From Tubulanus polymorphus (Eukaryota > Animalia > Nemertea), in the NCBI RefSeq assembly GCF_964204645.1, contig NC_134028.1, positions 1,798,001 through 1,862,000 on the forward strand: DNA of 64,000 nucleotides, given 5' to 3'. Below the pieces are notes generated by a model. That model searched no databases, was not told the origin of the DNA, and was given only the letters and a program-made list of their open reading frames with translations. Position 1 is the first letter of the stretch. Every line of letters starts with the position of its first letter. Shown here in pieces: positions 36,785-49,900 of this stretch. A program made the position numbers and the translations under genes.

Positions 36785-38258
36785 ATGGAGGCTGACAAAA
36801 TGATATTAAGAAAGGCAGTGCCATCTGATAGAGTTGCCATATTGAATATAGTTAAGGATAATTACAATGGATTAGATTATTTGCATCAAGATATTGAACA
36901 ACATCTAAACAGTGAAGAAACTGTACTGCCGTATGTTGCCCAAATTGATGATCAGGTGACTACATCAACGCACAAAACCTCAATGCCAAAGTGAAAAATT
37001 GTTTCCTTGTAGAATTGTTTGTTTGGCATTTGTAGCCAAAATTAGAAGCAAGAATTATTTTTCTTCTTGATACCACACCAATCGTTATAGCATGAGAGAA
37101 CCATTCCTTGTGTAAATTGATATCCCCACCTCAATTTTCAGGTGATAAGCTACCTCGCATTATCTTTAAAAGATAGAAAAACTGCATTTCACTACATCGC
37201 TGCGCGGACCAATAAAAAGTACCAAGGTCAAGGTATCCAATCGCGTCTGCTGTATTTTGCTACAAAAGATGCCAGGCTGCGTCATCCGACGGTTATGAGT
37301 AGGATGTCCGTGGTTGCGCATGCGCCATATGCAAATCTGAAATATTCGATGGAACACGGAGAAAACGTTTTAATGATAAGGGTATGTCCATGGGTATGTC
37401 TCGTGGTTTACATCAGGTTATACCACATTGCAGATAGTTGAATAAAATCGTATCTTAAGATTCTTATTCGAATGGTAGAGCCCTAGTAACGGCTTATTTT
37501 CTAATCAGAATGATGACCGAAAAGTCAGATGCTCTTGCGGTTTGAATTCGTGATCGCGGTCAGTACAAACCCTCCTTTATTGAAGCTGATTGAATAATGC
37601 GGAATGAGGAGGGCTAAATGGAATTCCGATATTTTGAAATCAAATGAAAGTTTTCTATTTCCTATTTTAGAGAACAACAGCATTCAAAGGTGTGCAGAAT
37701 AAATGGCTCCAGTTGGCGGCTGCTGAAACGATTTCCAGACCAGAATTCCAACATTTATCATCGCGTGCATTTAAACCACAACCAAACCAAGTATCGTCAT
37801 TTTTACTCGATTCTGGAGTTAAATCGAAATTATTTCCAAACTCGGTGGCTATTTGCAATTACGTTCCTTACAAATTGCAATCGGAATATCTACTCGAAGC
37901 GGACCCAAAATTTCAGGAATTCACGATACTTCTCGGAGATTCTCGCGAACCACCCGCTATTTCAAGCCTCAGTTTAAGCGAAACGACGCCGCTGTATAAG
38001 GGTCAAGGTTACCGTTTCGATATTGATATCTACTCGAAGAATTCTGAAGAAGCGTTCATTCATTTTCTCCACCAAATTCGTCTGCGAGATCAGTTCAAAG
38101 ACGATGATGAAATTATGATGTTAATCCAGTTAGAAAACGATAAGAAAATTCAGACACAGTTTGAGCAATTGACACTTAAGTATCTCGAATTGAAAGTCGT
38201 TGCTTTTAGAGAATATTCGATTACTCTTGAGCATTCATTTCAAGATGTTTTGGCGTAA
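36785..38258 (+). CDS. GNAT N-acetyltransferase, NAT16/histidine N-acetyltransferase-like, copy 1 (332 aa)
   Basis: Exons 36785-36955, 37142-37381 and 37671-38258 total 999 nt in frame. Motifs: LRKA..SD..AIL, YNGLDYL (compare YGGLDYL of the NAT16 family), and acetyl-CoA motif A RTNKKYQGQGI. Confidence 0.8.
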
Positions 38259-38929
38259 AGAAGCCTTGATCCAAAGATTGAAAATCCACAAATTTTGAGC
38301 TTTTACAAGATAAGAATTAGTTATTCTTTAATATACCTTTGGAGAAAAATGTCCCGTATTGATTGGTGCTAAAATCACTACTAATATTTGTGATTGTATA
38401 GAGTTTTACTTGTCATTTTGTCTTACTTTGATTACTATAATTTTGATACAGATGATGATATATACATGTTTTTGTTTCGTTTGATAATTTCTATTCCGTA
38501 TGCTTACTAAAATGTGTTAGATAAAAGACAGCATATCTGTTATATGAATATGTCAGACAATGATCTTTTCGTTTAAGCACAGATTGAGATAATGCGGTCT
38601 ATTACTTTATACTTGTCAATTATAACTCATGGCCATAATTTCTAGGGGTTATATAATTCATGAGCGATAGTTTTAAGTTATTCTGATTGACATACATAAA
38701 GAGATTTATTACTTAGGCAAACAATAGGCAGACATGTTCTTCGCTCGAACTGGTTTTGGCAGATAGCAAAATGTGATTCTTAATTAAGGTAGTACACATA
38801 CAATGTGTATAGTACTTATTTTGGATTGAAACGTTCAGATATATATATATTTGAATTGACTAGTCCGAATTGGTTCCTTAAATCTTTCTCTCTAATAAGA
38901 TCGCTGTATTGCCTTCGGAAACACGCGAA

Positions 38930-41475
38930 ATGGCTGTAAATCGAGTTCTTTATAGGATTGCCAAACCCAATGATAAAGAAGACATACTGAACATCATTAG
39001 CTTCGACAACGACGATAGATTCGATCGTTTACATGAAGATATTGACCAACATTTGAACAGCGAAGGAACTGTTCTACCGTATGTCGCCTTGGTTAATAAA
39101 CAGGTAAGTGATTTTACTAGTGTCAGGGTCGAGACAAAGATAAGATGTATACTTTAGATTAAAGCCCGGATTTAACTAGTTCCAAACGAACTCAAGATAT
39201 GGACCCGTTTGCGGACATAATCACGCAGAAAACGATGAGAAGGCGCAACATTTTTGAGCGCCTGTGGGATATTTTCCAATTTTGATTTCGCAGGCTGTGG
39301 GGCAGGTTTAGGAATCAAATACATATAACTGAAATTTGTTGTTTATAAATAATCTATAAATCGTTCATTCTCGCCATTTATTTCGTTTGGTATTACAAAT
39401 ACGTATCTGCAGGGGTATGTCTTTGGGTCATAATAACACGCCCGAAACAACTGATCCGATCTATCCATTCAGTAAATGAATGATTTTTCCTAATCTTCAG
39501 GTGATAGGTTACCTAGCTTTCGTTTTGAAAGATATGGATGAATCATTTCACTACATCGCTGCGCGAACCAACAAAAAGTATCAAGGTCAAGGTATCCAAA
39601 CGCGTCTGCTCTATTTTGCTACTAGTGACGCTAGGCGCCGACATCCGAGCGTTATGAGTAGAATGTCCGTGGTCACTCATACACCTTTTACAGATGAAAA
39701 ATATGCCCTGGCACATGGAGAAAAGGTTTTAATGATAAGGGTAAGTCCACGAATATTCTAATCAACTCATCATCATCACCAAGTTCTACCTCATCAGTAG
39801 CAATGCATCCTGGGTAGTATACAGTATACTGCCTTTCCAATCATTTTGTATTCAAGTTTTATCATCTTTTAGCTCTGAAAGAATTTATCTATGAAAGTGA
39901 ATAGTCATAACCTGGGACTGTTCGTTTCTCTTCCATTAATTTAAGTGCCGATGAATGAAAATATAGTCAGTAATTACTGGGTTCGAACCCGGGACACCCC
40001 TGTACATTCAGCATCAGGACCACTCTAACCAATCAGTAATTACTTTTGTTAAGATATCAACATTTAACCGCATGGTGCTGCCTCTATGCTCATCGTTAGT
40101 GGGATTTTCATACACTAACGTTAGTCAACTCTGGCAAGCTAGGACAGCACGTCGATTGCCAGAGTTGACTTTAGTTAGTGTATGAAAACCCCGCTAACGA
40201 TGAGCATAGCGGCAGCACCGTACGGTCTGGACACCCCAGTACAACCTCTATTCAGCATCAGGACAACTCTGAATCAGTATCAGTAATTACTGGGTTCGAA
40301 CCCGGGACACCCCCGTTCATTCTCTATTCAGCATCAGGATCATTCTGAATCAGTATCAGTAATTACTGGATTCGAACCCGGGATAATTACTGGTTCTCGA
40401 ACCCGGGACACACCCCTGTGCATCCTCTATTCAGCATCAGGAACACTCTGAATCAGTATCAGTAATTACTGGGTTCGAACCCGGGACACCTCTGTACATC
40501 ATCTATTCGGCATCAGGATCACTCTAAACCAATCAGTAATTACAATTGTTAAGATATCAACATTTTACCGTACGGTGCTGCCTTTATGCTCATCGTTAGT
40601 GGGATTTTCACACACTAACGTTAGTCAACTCTGGCAAGCTAGGGTTACGGAGTATAACTGGACAGCACGTCGATTGCCAGAGTTGACTTTAGTTAGTGTA
40701 TGAAAACCCCGCTAACGATGAGCATAGCGGCAGCACCGTACGGTCTGGACACCCCAGTACAACCTCTATTCAGCATCAGGACAACTCTGAATCAGTATCA
40801 GTAATTACTAGGTTCGAACCCGGGACACCCCTGTACATCCTCTATTCAGCATCAGGAACACTCTGAATCCGGTGTTTTTATTTTCAGAGAACTACTTCAT
40901 TTAAGAGTGTGGACATTAAGTCTTTACAATTGGCGGCTGCTGAAACGATTTCGAGACCAGAATTCCGACATTTATCATCGCGTGCATTTAAACCGCAACC
41001 AAACCAAGTATCGTCATTTTTACTCGATTCTGGAGTTAAATCTAAATTATTTCCAAACTCGGTGGCTATTTGCAATTACGTTCCTTACAAATTGCAATCG
41101 GAATATCTACTCGAAGCGGATCCAAAATTTCAGGAATTCACGATAGTTCTCGGAGATTCTCGCGCACCACCCGCTATTTCAAGCCTCAGTTTAAGCGAAA
41201 CGACGCCGCTGTATAAGTGTCAAGGTTACCGTTTAGATATTGATATCTACTCGAAGAATTCGGAAGAAGCGTTCATTCATTTTCTCCACCAAATTCGTCT
41301 CCACAGTCGGTTTAAAGATGACGGTGAAATTCTGATGATACTCCAGTTAGAAAACGACAAAAAGATTCAGACACAATTTGAGAGAATGGCCGAGAATTAT
41401 CTCAATTTAGAAGTCAAAACCACCCGCGAATATTCGATTGTACTCGAGCATTCCTTCCATCATGTTCTAGCGTGA
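38930..41475 (+). CDS. GNAT N-acetyltransferase, NAT16-like, copy 2 (333 aa)
   Basis: Exons 38930-39103, 39501-39740 and 40888-41475 total 1002 nt in frame. Same exon structure as copy 1, with RTNKKYQGQGI retained. Confidence 0.8.
39966..40870. repeat. About 73-bp minisatellite (cagtaattactgggttcgaacccgggacaccc...tattcagcatcagg..actctgaatcagtat) interleaved with two MITE copies
   Basis: Repeated units lie in intron 2 of GNAT copy 2. Degenerate units of the same family occur at about 7685-7770 and 7980-8120. Confidence 0.85.
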
Positions 41476-44400
41476 AGAATTTTTACTTCCAATGGTAATT
41501 GGTGCTACTATAATAAACCAAAAAGTATATTGTATACACTTGCGTTTTATTTCTTTTAAGAATAAGATTAATGTTCCGTTAAGATTAAGTTCGAAAATCC
41601 TCGATATATTTTAAAATTATTAGGACTGGTCTTATAACGGATGCGTTACCTAGACAAAACTAAAACTAAACATTTTCGATGATTTATCGACGCTTAACAT
41701 GTGTGGTCAGCTGCCTTTATCACCTGAAAGATGGCGCCTTACACTGCAATAATCTCGGTATCCCCTCCGTACGATACAAATCCAACCGAATCCATTACGG
41801 AGTAATGTACACTTTACAGAAAAGAAAAATCAGTATCACTGGAACTGACATGCCGTTATTCAAACTTTGAACGATTGTTGAATAGCGTATTTCATGGAAC
41901 GAATCTTGGGTTAATATCAATCATAAATGGGTAATCGGAAATGGGGCCATGAATCGAGGGATATCCGGCCCGGGATGAATCGTCTCCGTGCGATCGCGGC
42001 TATGAACAAGGACTTCACCAAGAACGTTCCTGATGAGGTAGGATCGGTAATGCGACGGATATCGCTGTCGATACAACCACTTCCAGAACTGTGTCAGGCC
42101 TACGAGCAATCATCCGAGACGACTGATCGTATGGGCAGGCCCAGTTTCTGAGATCGTGGACATACGTCTACCGTACAAGCAAAGATATTTAAACGAAATT
42201 TCGATAGACCAATTAAAAGTGTATTGTGCTTTATGATACATGACCAACACGGACAAGATTAAACATATGTAAAAGATGTCAACCGAATAACATTGAATAC
42301 AAAAAACTAATGAACTTATACACAAAATCCTGATATCATAGCTACGTAATTCAATTACATCAGTTAGTTAGTCATCAGTTCATCATCAATGAATATTTTT
42401 CCGTACCGTACCCGAAAAACTTCAAGCACGTTAGAACGCGTCGAGAGTTGTTAAAATTCTTTTATTTGTCAAAATATTATGTAAAATAATTTTGGACTAA
42501 TCTTATATTTTACTCGTCACAGGAGATTTTTCTCTTATCGTATGTACAAACATAAACCCGTCACATACGGACTCAAACGATTCGTTTTTACGGTTCATGA
42601 TTTGTTGAATTTTGACGAAATGAAAAGAAGTGCATTGATTGATTGTTTTGCATGTTTCGTATATTATTCGGTTTCAAAGAAACATCTCGCCATGACATCC
42701 GCCAAATCTATTTTTCCACGTGATTTTAATAAACGGCCAATTGCGCAGTACGAATCAATGGCGATGTATTTATATATTTGAAATAATGACGATTTCTAGT
42801 CGCCGATGTTTACACGATATATTATCATCTGCGCTCGTGTCTGGCCATACGGACAAAATAACCGATGTAAGCTTATTCCACCTACACTAAGATCGCACCT
42901 TTTGTAAACACGGGGAGGATGGATCGGGTGAAAGAGTTTAACGGATCGCTGCTATATTTAGCAACACTTCGCACGACAAAGTTCTACTTCCGTTTACAAT
43001 CCTCGTTTGACGATGAGATGAAATTCATTTTGGGGGTTGACACGTTTAACCGGACTGCTTGTTCCTCGGGCTGTGTGTAATGCGTAACATCCCCCGGCAT
43101 GGAAATTACGTATCTGAGCATGTTAGGATCGACTTCATTCATGATCGTATCAACAGTTCAACAATAATCACATCTTCGTTTGTCGTCTTGAATTAGTTAC
43201 GGAACATACTTATAAATAAATAAGCTTTTGGTCATATGTATCAACGCCATGAAAAACGATTGAGATAAAAGTTTTTCTTTTTAGAAACAATGTTTTATTC
43301 CGTACAAGGATTTTTATTCACAAATGTACATACCGTTCAACATTAAACACACATATAATTTTCTCCTTACATGCATTATAACTGAAGGTTATATACACCT
43401 ATTATACTGCGGTACCTGAAAAGTAACACTTCGAAAGTCCAAGCAACTCTCAACAAAAAACGGTCCGATTCAAATACACGTTTTTAACATAGATTCAAAT
43501 CCCATGACATTATAGCAATGATTCTAGCAATCTCTCTAACGCATACTTTGTTGGAATGATTTTTAAGTGATTAGAAAATGATAAAGCCGGCCCTAGTCCA
43601 GGGTCGTGTTTTTCAAAGAAGCGTTAGATTATCCAAATCATTATACCGTACAGCAGTACAAAAATACTCGGGAGCTTCACGATCTGGTTAACAAAACAGT
43701 ATTCATTAACAAATAATAATTTCACTTTTTAAGAAGGAATTCAATTGATGCCGATATTTGTATTCGGAAATTCATCGGGAAAAGCCGTTGAACATTTCAT
43801 TTGAAAATATACAATTACCCAAGGCGTTATTTCTTAAGAAATCATACATACATGTTTGGAACAGAGCTTTCTGGTATATATTACACACAATATTAGAATC
43901 ATGTTTAGAAATATATGTATATGTATATATAACTAGCCCTTATTTCATAGACTCGTAGAAACTACCGGGTATCTATTGCTGCAAACCTTACAGAATTTTT
44001 GAAATTCAATTCTCTAAAAGGATATAGCACAACGAAAGCAAACATTACCTTAATACCATTTTTCAATTTCAGTACAGAAATTTGACTCGAGAGAAATAAT
44101 ACATTACCTTTTTTGTTTTATTCACAAATTATGACTAGAAAATATGAATGAATATTTCGATTCAAGACACTGGTGAATAAAGTTTTCGATTCTAAAGTGA
44201 GTATGATGACAAAATACTTATACTTATGAATTAATACATTTAGATTCCAAAACGGATTGCGCAAGTGATCAAACATAACCAATAAGTCGAGTTACAAAGT
44301 TAAACTTAGAACATATAATCAATAGAAACTTAAACATAAGTCACGGGATATATAAAAACCCACAATATTGACGTAATGATGATTAGAAAATCTGTTTTCC

Positions 44401-44924
44401 AGATGTTTTGCAGGATTTCTTCACTCCATCTTCAGGTATTTATTTCAGGTATTTAAATGTTTCTGAATAAATCTCTGAAGATGGAAAGAAGAAATATTTC
44501 CTAACCATCAGGAAAATGGATTTTACATCGATACTGTGGTTTTTTTAAATATGTACTACATCATAGATTGCGATTTTGATAAGTCGAGGTGTCTGAAATA
44601 TAACAGTCTTTCATTGACTTCTATACAAAACAGTGAACCTCTATATCCACTATTAACACATGAATAGCCTCTAAACGTGGAATGCGAAAGTTTTGAATTC
44701 TCTATCATCTATTTCTAATCGAACGAAAGACTTGAAGAAAGGATCCTTATACGATGTATTTATCGCATAAATACATACATCGATCAACTCTGCAGCACAT
44801 GTGACACCGATTTCAAAAAAAATATAATATATATCATCACATATTCGGAAAAACACGGCCATTATTTACAATCCAGTCTTTCACAACAAAATATGGCGGC
44901 GCTGGAAAGAACTAGCAACGAACT

Positions 44925-46929
44925 TCATTTAGCGGAATAACGTTGAAGCAGTTCTGTATTGCAATCGTCACAAACACGAACCGGTTTAGCCGATGATGGA
45001 AGCGCCATCTTGTTGTCCGAGCACTCGTTACAGTATATTCCTCCACAATGTCGGCAATGATGCTTAAACGAATAAGAGAACATTTCTTATTCATGATACG
45101 GAATATGATATGTTTGAGTGATCACTTTGTTGTATGAAGGATGCTCTATGAAAATAGAAAGACCTAATTTATACAAAATAAGAATTGTTTTTCGGCCTCG
45201 CCCCATAAGATAATACACAACTAGCTCCAATAATAAGTGTGAGTGAACAAGCGATTCTGATGAAAATCTTATAAACAGACTGAATTCATGCAAAATAAAA
45301 ACATGCAAAAAACTAACCTTTCGTCGCGCTACACTGAATGGTTTTGTACATGATTGACAATTTGTTACTTCACGATCATCAGCCCATTGGGCGTCTTGCC
45401 TCTGTAACTGAGCTTCTTTTAAATCATCCATTTTCAACTTTGATCTATAATGATTAAAGAAGAAATATCACTCTGCTGCAGATTTCAGCTTATTTTCCTC
45501 ATATTTCTTGAAATTGAAAAACAAACGCGATGATGAACTCTGACAACATGAATAACATACGTACTCGCTGAGATGCGAGCCGAGTTCTGCTAGAGCTTTT
45601 TCTTGCTCTTCGCATCTCTGCTTTAAATGAAGATGGCTTCCTTTTAATTTCATATGTTCCTTAAAGACAGGGCGAACAAACATAATTAATTTCATCAATC
45701 ACCGAAATTCAGGTAAAACATGCATATGTATCGCATACATGGTTCATTTCTCTGAGCTGTTGTACTTCTACATTCAATTGACTAACTATCTCTTTTTCTT
45801 GTTCCAAGCTTTTCTGCAAACTGGTTCTCCACTCGCGTTCTATTTTCATGTCAGTCTCTGCAGCCGAACTGAAAAGACATATACCCGTATTATAAATTTC
45901 CTGTATCTCCGGATAAATCTAATCCAACTTCAGAGAAGAACCGCCACAAATCCCACCGATAATTCCCTGAAATATCAAAAAGTATTCGAACATTTTTTTT
46001 CTGGATCCTCTTAACATTTTCTATAAAATGATAAACTCTCCGAATGGTAATTTTCCACCTCAAATGAAAAATCCAATACATTAAAGCATTAGCATTTTCC
46101 TCGGAGAGCTGCTTAGAGAATTACAACATTTACATAGAGATATCATAAAAACTTCTACATATAAACGTTCTTTCCGGAATAATACAGAATTTTTCAATAA
46201 AGTAAAATTTTAGACTTCTAGCAAAATATAGCCGCGGTTTGAATTGCAACTGGCACCGGAAATGATCCACTTTGCTTTGTTTGAGCATTGTTTAGTATCG
46301 AGTGAATGATTTGCGTGTGAACGCGCTCTCTTATTAGGCACGGGCCAAATTCGGCCCGAGCCTGGTGATCCGTGCCAATTTGGCCCGGGCAAAATCGTCT
46401 CCGTGTGATCGCGGCTTATATCTATTAGGCGATGGATTGAACGTACGATTTGTATAAAATCAAGGGATGATTCACGTGAAATTCCCAATTGCACAATTAT
46501 GATCACCTGATCGTCGAACGCTACTTAAATTCATTCTCGATGAATTGAAAATTTCATTGCAGTTCATTCTCGCCGGTCGGATTCATTATACCGATTTGAC
46601 GACGGTTACGCGACGATCTGAAGAACACTCGTGAATGATTCGAATTATCAAATCATCGCTATCGATTTGTCGGGGACCGTCGCGAGGAAAATATAGCCAA
46701 CATTCCGTCAAGGATGACAATATCAGGCGGAAATCAGGGAATAGTCAGTGAATTTTGTAAAAAAAAAGCTAAAGATTATGAAAAAGTCAGGGAAATTTGT
46801 TGAGATTGCTAGATCGCGTCTAAAATCAAACAGTTTCTCTCTATGTCTTGTGAATATTTAAAACTAAAGTTACACATGCAGCCGTAACTTAGACCCATGT
46901 CGTACAAAGTCTGCGGGATCAGACTCGAA

Positions 46930-46962
<33 letters not shown>

Positions 46963-49900
46963 ACAGTCCCCCGGTAAGAACATATAGTCTTGACCGTATA
47001 CTCGTCATATGCGAGATATTCACTATTAATCAATTGTGTGGGGGAGTTATAATAGGAGCTACTCTCAACAACCTAACGACGAATATTGTATGAGGGGTGT
47101 GTTGAGCATATGATCAAAATCAGTAAGAACTGAAATCAGAATCAGATACTTTGAGTTAATATCAACGAACCAAGAAAATCGAAATACACCATTGCAAGAT
47201 TTGAATATTCTCACCAGGCACCCAAAAACTTTTTATAGAAAATAATTGAAGCATTATTTAATGTAAATGGTTACAATTAGTATTTATGCATAAAAACCGA
47301 GATAAGTTTGAATGTAACATATTTTGTAAAGCTATTTTCATGATACATTACGAACTCTGGATTCATCATTATAAACGACAACTCTCAAATTTGAATTAAC
47401 GACGATTCTGAGTTTATTATGTGCACACAAAAAACAACCAACGACCAACAAATAAATAGTGAAATAATGAAAATGTAAATAATCTTTGCCAAAAATCAAA
47501 AGAAGCTTGCTTACCGTCTGGCGTCTTTATCTGCCAACATCTGACCCAGTTTACGAGCGGTCTCCTCGGCAGCAAGCTTATCCGATTCATACTGTTTTAC
47601 TCTAAACACAACATGCAAAAGAATGAAATAAAAAAACCACAGTTAACTTTGCATAAGCTTTATTTAAATGATAACATAATGATATTCAGTACATATAGTA
47701 AATATCAATAGTCGAAGACTGTTTTCAAAAGAAACAATCATCAGAAAATTAAATTCGGTGTTGATTCCAATGAAAAAACGTATGCGAATGTAGGATGACT
47801 GTGAAGATCATTAGGGCTCGAGGCCTAAACCACGGCACAGAAAGCGTTTAACAATTATGTAAGAACAAAAAGTAAGCCAAAATACACAGCCATGTGCTAC
47901 AACTATCTTCATTCGTAATAACAGAACTGTAAATCAACATAATTTTTTGGTAAGCCAATTTCCATGTATCTCAATCTGAAATCTAGATATTCAAGATTTA
48001 TTTTAAACCGGTATCTAGAAAGATTAAGGAGATATATGTATTCGTTTGAAAAGTGCTTCCTACAAGAATCTCAAATCAAACATTGCCTCAGAGAGGTTTT
48101 GTTTGCTGGTTTAATATCACCCATTAGGGCTATCCATTAATAGTCATTCTTCAAACCGACGCCGAATATAATGGATTCCATCAAGTTTGTGATGAGACTT
48201 AAGACATTTTATAACTGTCATTAAACAGGATATCAAATAATCAGAGAACTTCTAATAACAACGTAAATGTATACAACAGTGTACACCTGTGACTCACAGC
48301 CTTCACAAGAGACATTAAGGTCTAGTTTATGTCAGGCTAAGATGCAATGGATACCCACGCAACTAGGAAGAGAACCCAACCACGTTCACGCAACATTATT
48401 TAGGTTATTCTAAACTCAGTTCATTCCAATTAAATTGAGAACGGACCAAGTATTTTTACACCAGTGAGAAAACTGGTTCATTCATGGCCTACCGACATCA
48501 AAGAAGGCCTTGTGAACCTTCAGGCAATTCAATTTATTAAGCCATTAGTTTAAAAATAAAGAATTAAGTGATAAAACAAACCAAACAAACTGAATTAACA
48601 TTTAGGAGATAAGAAAATACATTTACAAGTAATGATAATTCAGGTCAGATGGAGACTAGTTGTCTTCAAGTTGCTGATATCCCAGCCGTGTCCATCGCAA
48701 CCCGACATTAGTTAGCCTTAAAAGACTTCCATTCAAGGTGCTAGTCTGACAAAAGTCCTTGTATATTTCATAACTAATCGTAGTCCAGAACTTCAGAAGA
48801 TTTTGTAAAACTAACTTCAGAGGCATGTATCAAAATTCACCGCATTTCACGTATGCTTTTTGATAGACATGAATTCTCTATTATCTTCAAAACTTACTTT
48901 CCTTCCAAATTTTTCATCACAGAATCCATTTGGTTTATTTTCTCTTCCAGTTTCGTCACTAATTGTGACTTGTGTTGTAAAGAGCTATCAGTCGCCTGAA
49001 AGAATTTAGAAAAATTTATCATTCCCATCATCTCGAAAATATAGCAGAGTCTGTCCTTGTTATTCTAAGACGAGTAAATATACCAATAAAATATCGTAGA
49101 ATTTTCCTGACAGTAAATGCTACAAATGGGGAACTTTTGCTGTAAACGAACATTTTTGTAAGTTTTGGGTTTGTATTGTGGTAATTATTGAGGCACAGAA
49201 TGCGTGAGTAAGACAGGTGTGTGAACCAGTTACAAAAAGGTGCCAAACGGAATTTGCAATTACTAGCACGAATGACAAGTAATTAGTATACAGGTCCAAC
49301 ACACACCTCAATTTCACACCAGCCAGTCAACAAAATGGCTACTATCCATCAGTTTCATCAGTTAACATCAACCGATAGGTAAACAGTGGTAACAGAATAC
49401 TCTACATTTGGTTGTCTTAAAATCAATTCACTCGGATTTCAGAACGGATAAAATATACATATCTATGAATATTGATATATCTTGCTCAGAAATCTCAGCA
49501 AGATTTCAGGCAAAAACAAAAAAACTGCTGTCAAATAAGAACAATGACGTGTGAGGAGGTAACGTAGAGAAATGATTGAAATAAAAGCTGCGCTAATAAA
49601 TCAGTAGAGTGCGATGTCAGGTCCAGGCAACCGGTAGTCCGATTGGATAAATACCCCTTTGAGACGTTAACAAGGATTTATGAAATCCCATTGATACGTT
49701 AAAAACACACGACGGACAATGCTAAAGTGGTCAGTTTTGACGCTGCGGTTGAAGGGTGTTTGAAACTTCAAAAAAAGTTCAGAATTTATCAAATTCCTCC
49801 TGACAATCTATAAACAGATGAAGTAACTTCTTCCATACAATTAATCAAACAACCAGTAAACTATATGATAAGCCGACTGAATGGAATATTAATCCCACTT

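Noticed and set aside
39966-40870. CRISPR-like array or tRNA cluster (repeats with GGTTCGAACCC)
   Set aside because: This is a eukaryotic intron. The intervening sequences are themselves repeated rather than unique spacers, there are no cas genes, and there is no A-box or cloverleaf.
44350-44545. Second hammerhead-like foldback (ctgaagatgg...gaaat)
   Set aside because: Stem II cannot be formed convincingly, so it is too degenerate to call. The similar motif at about 5985-6025 was rejected for the same reason.
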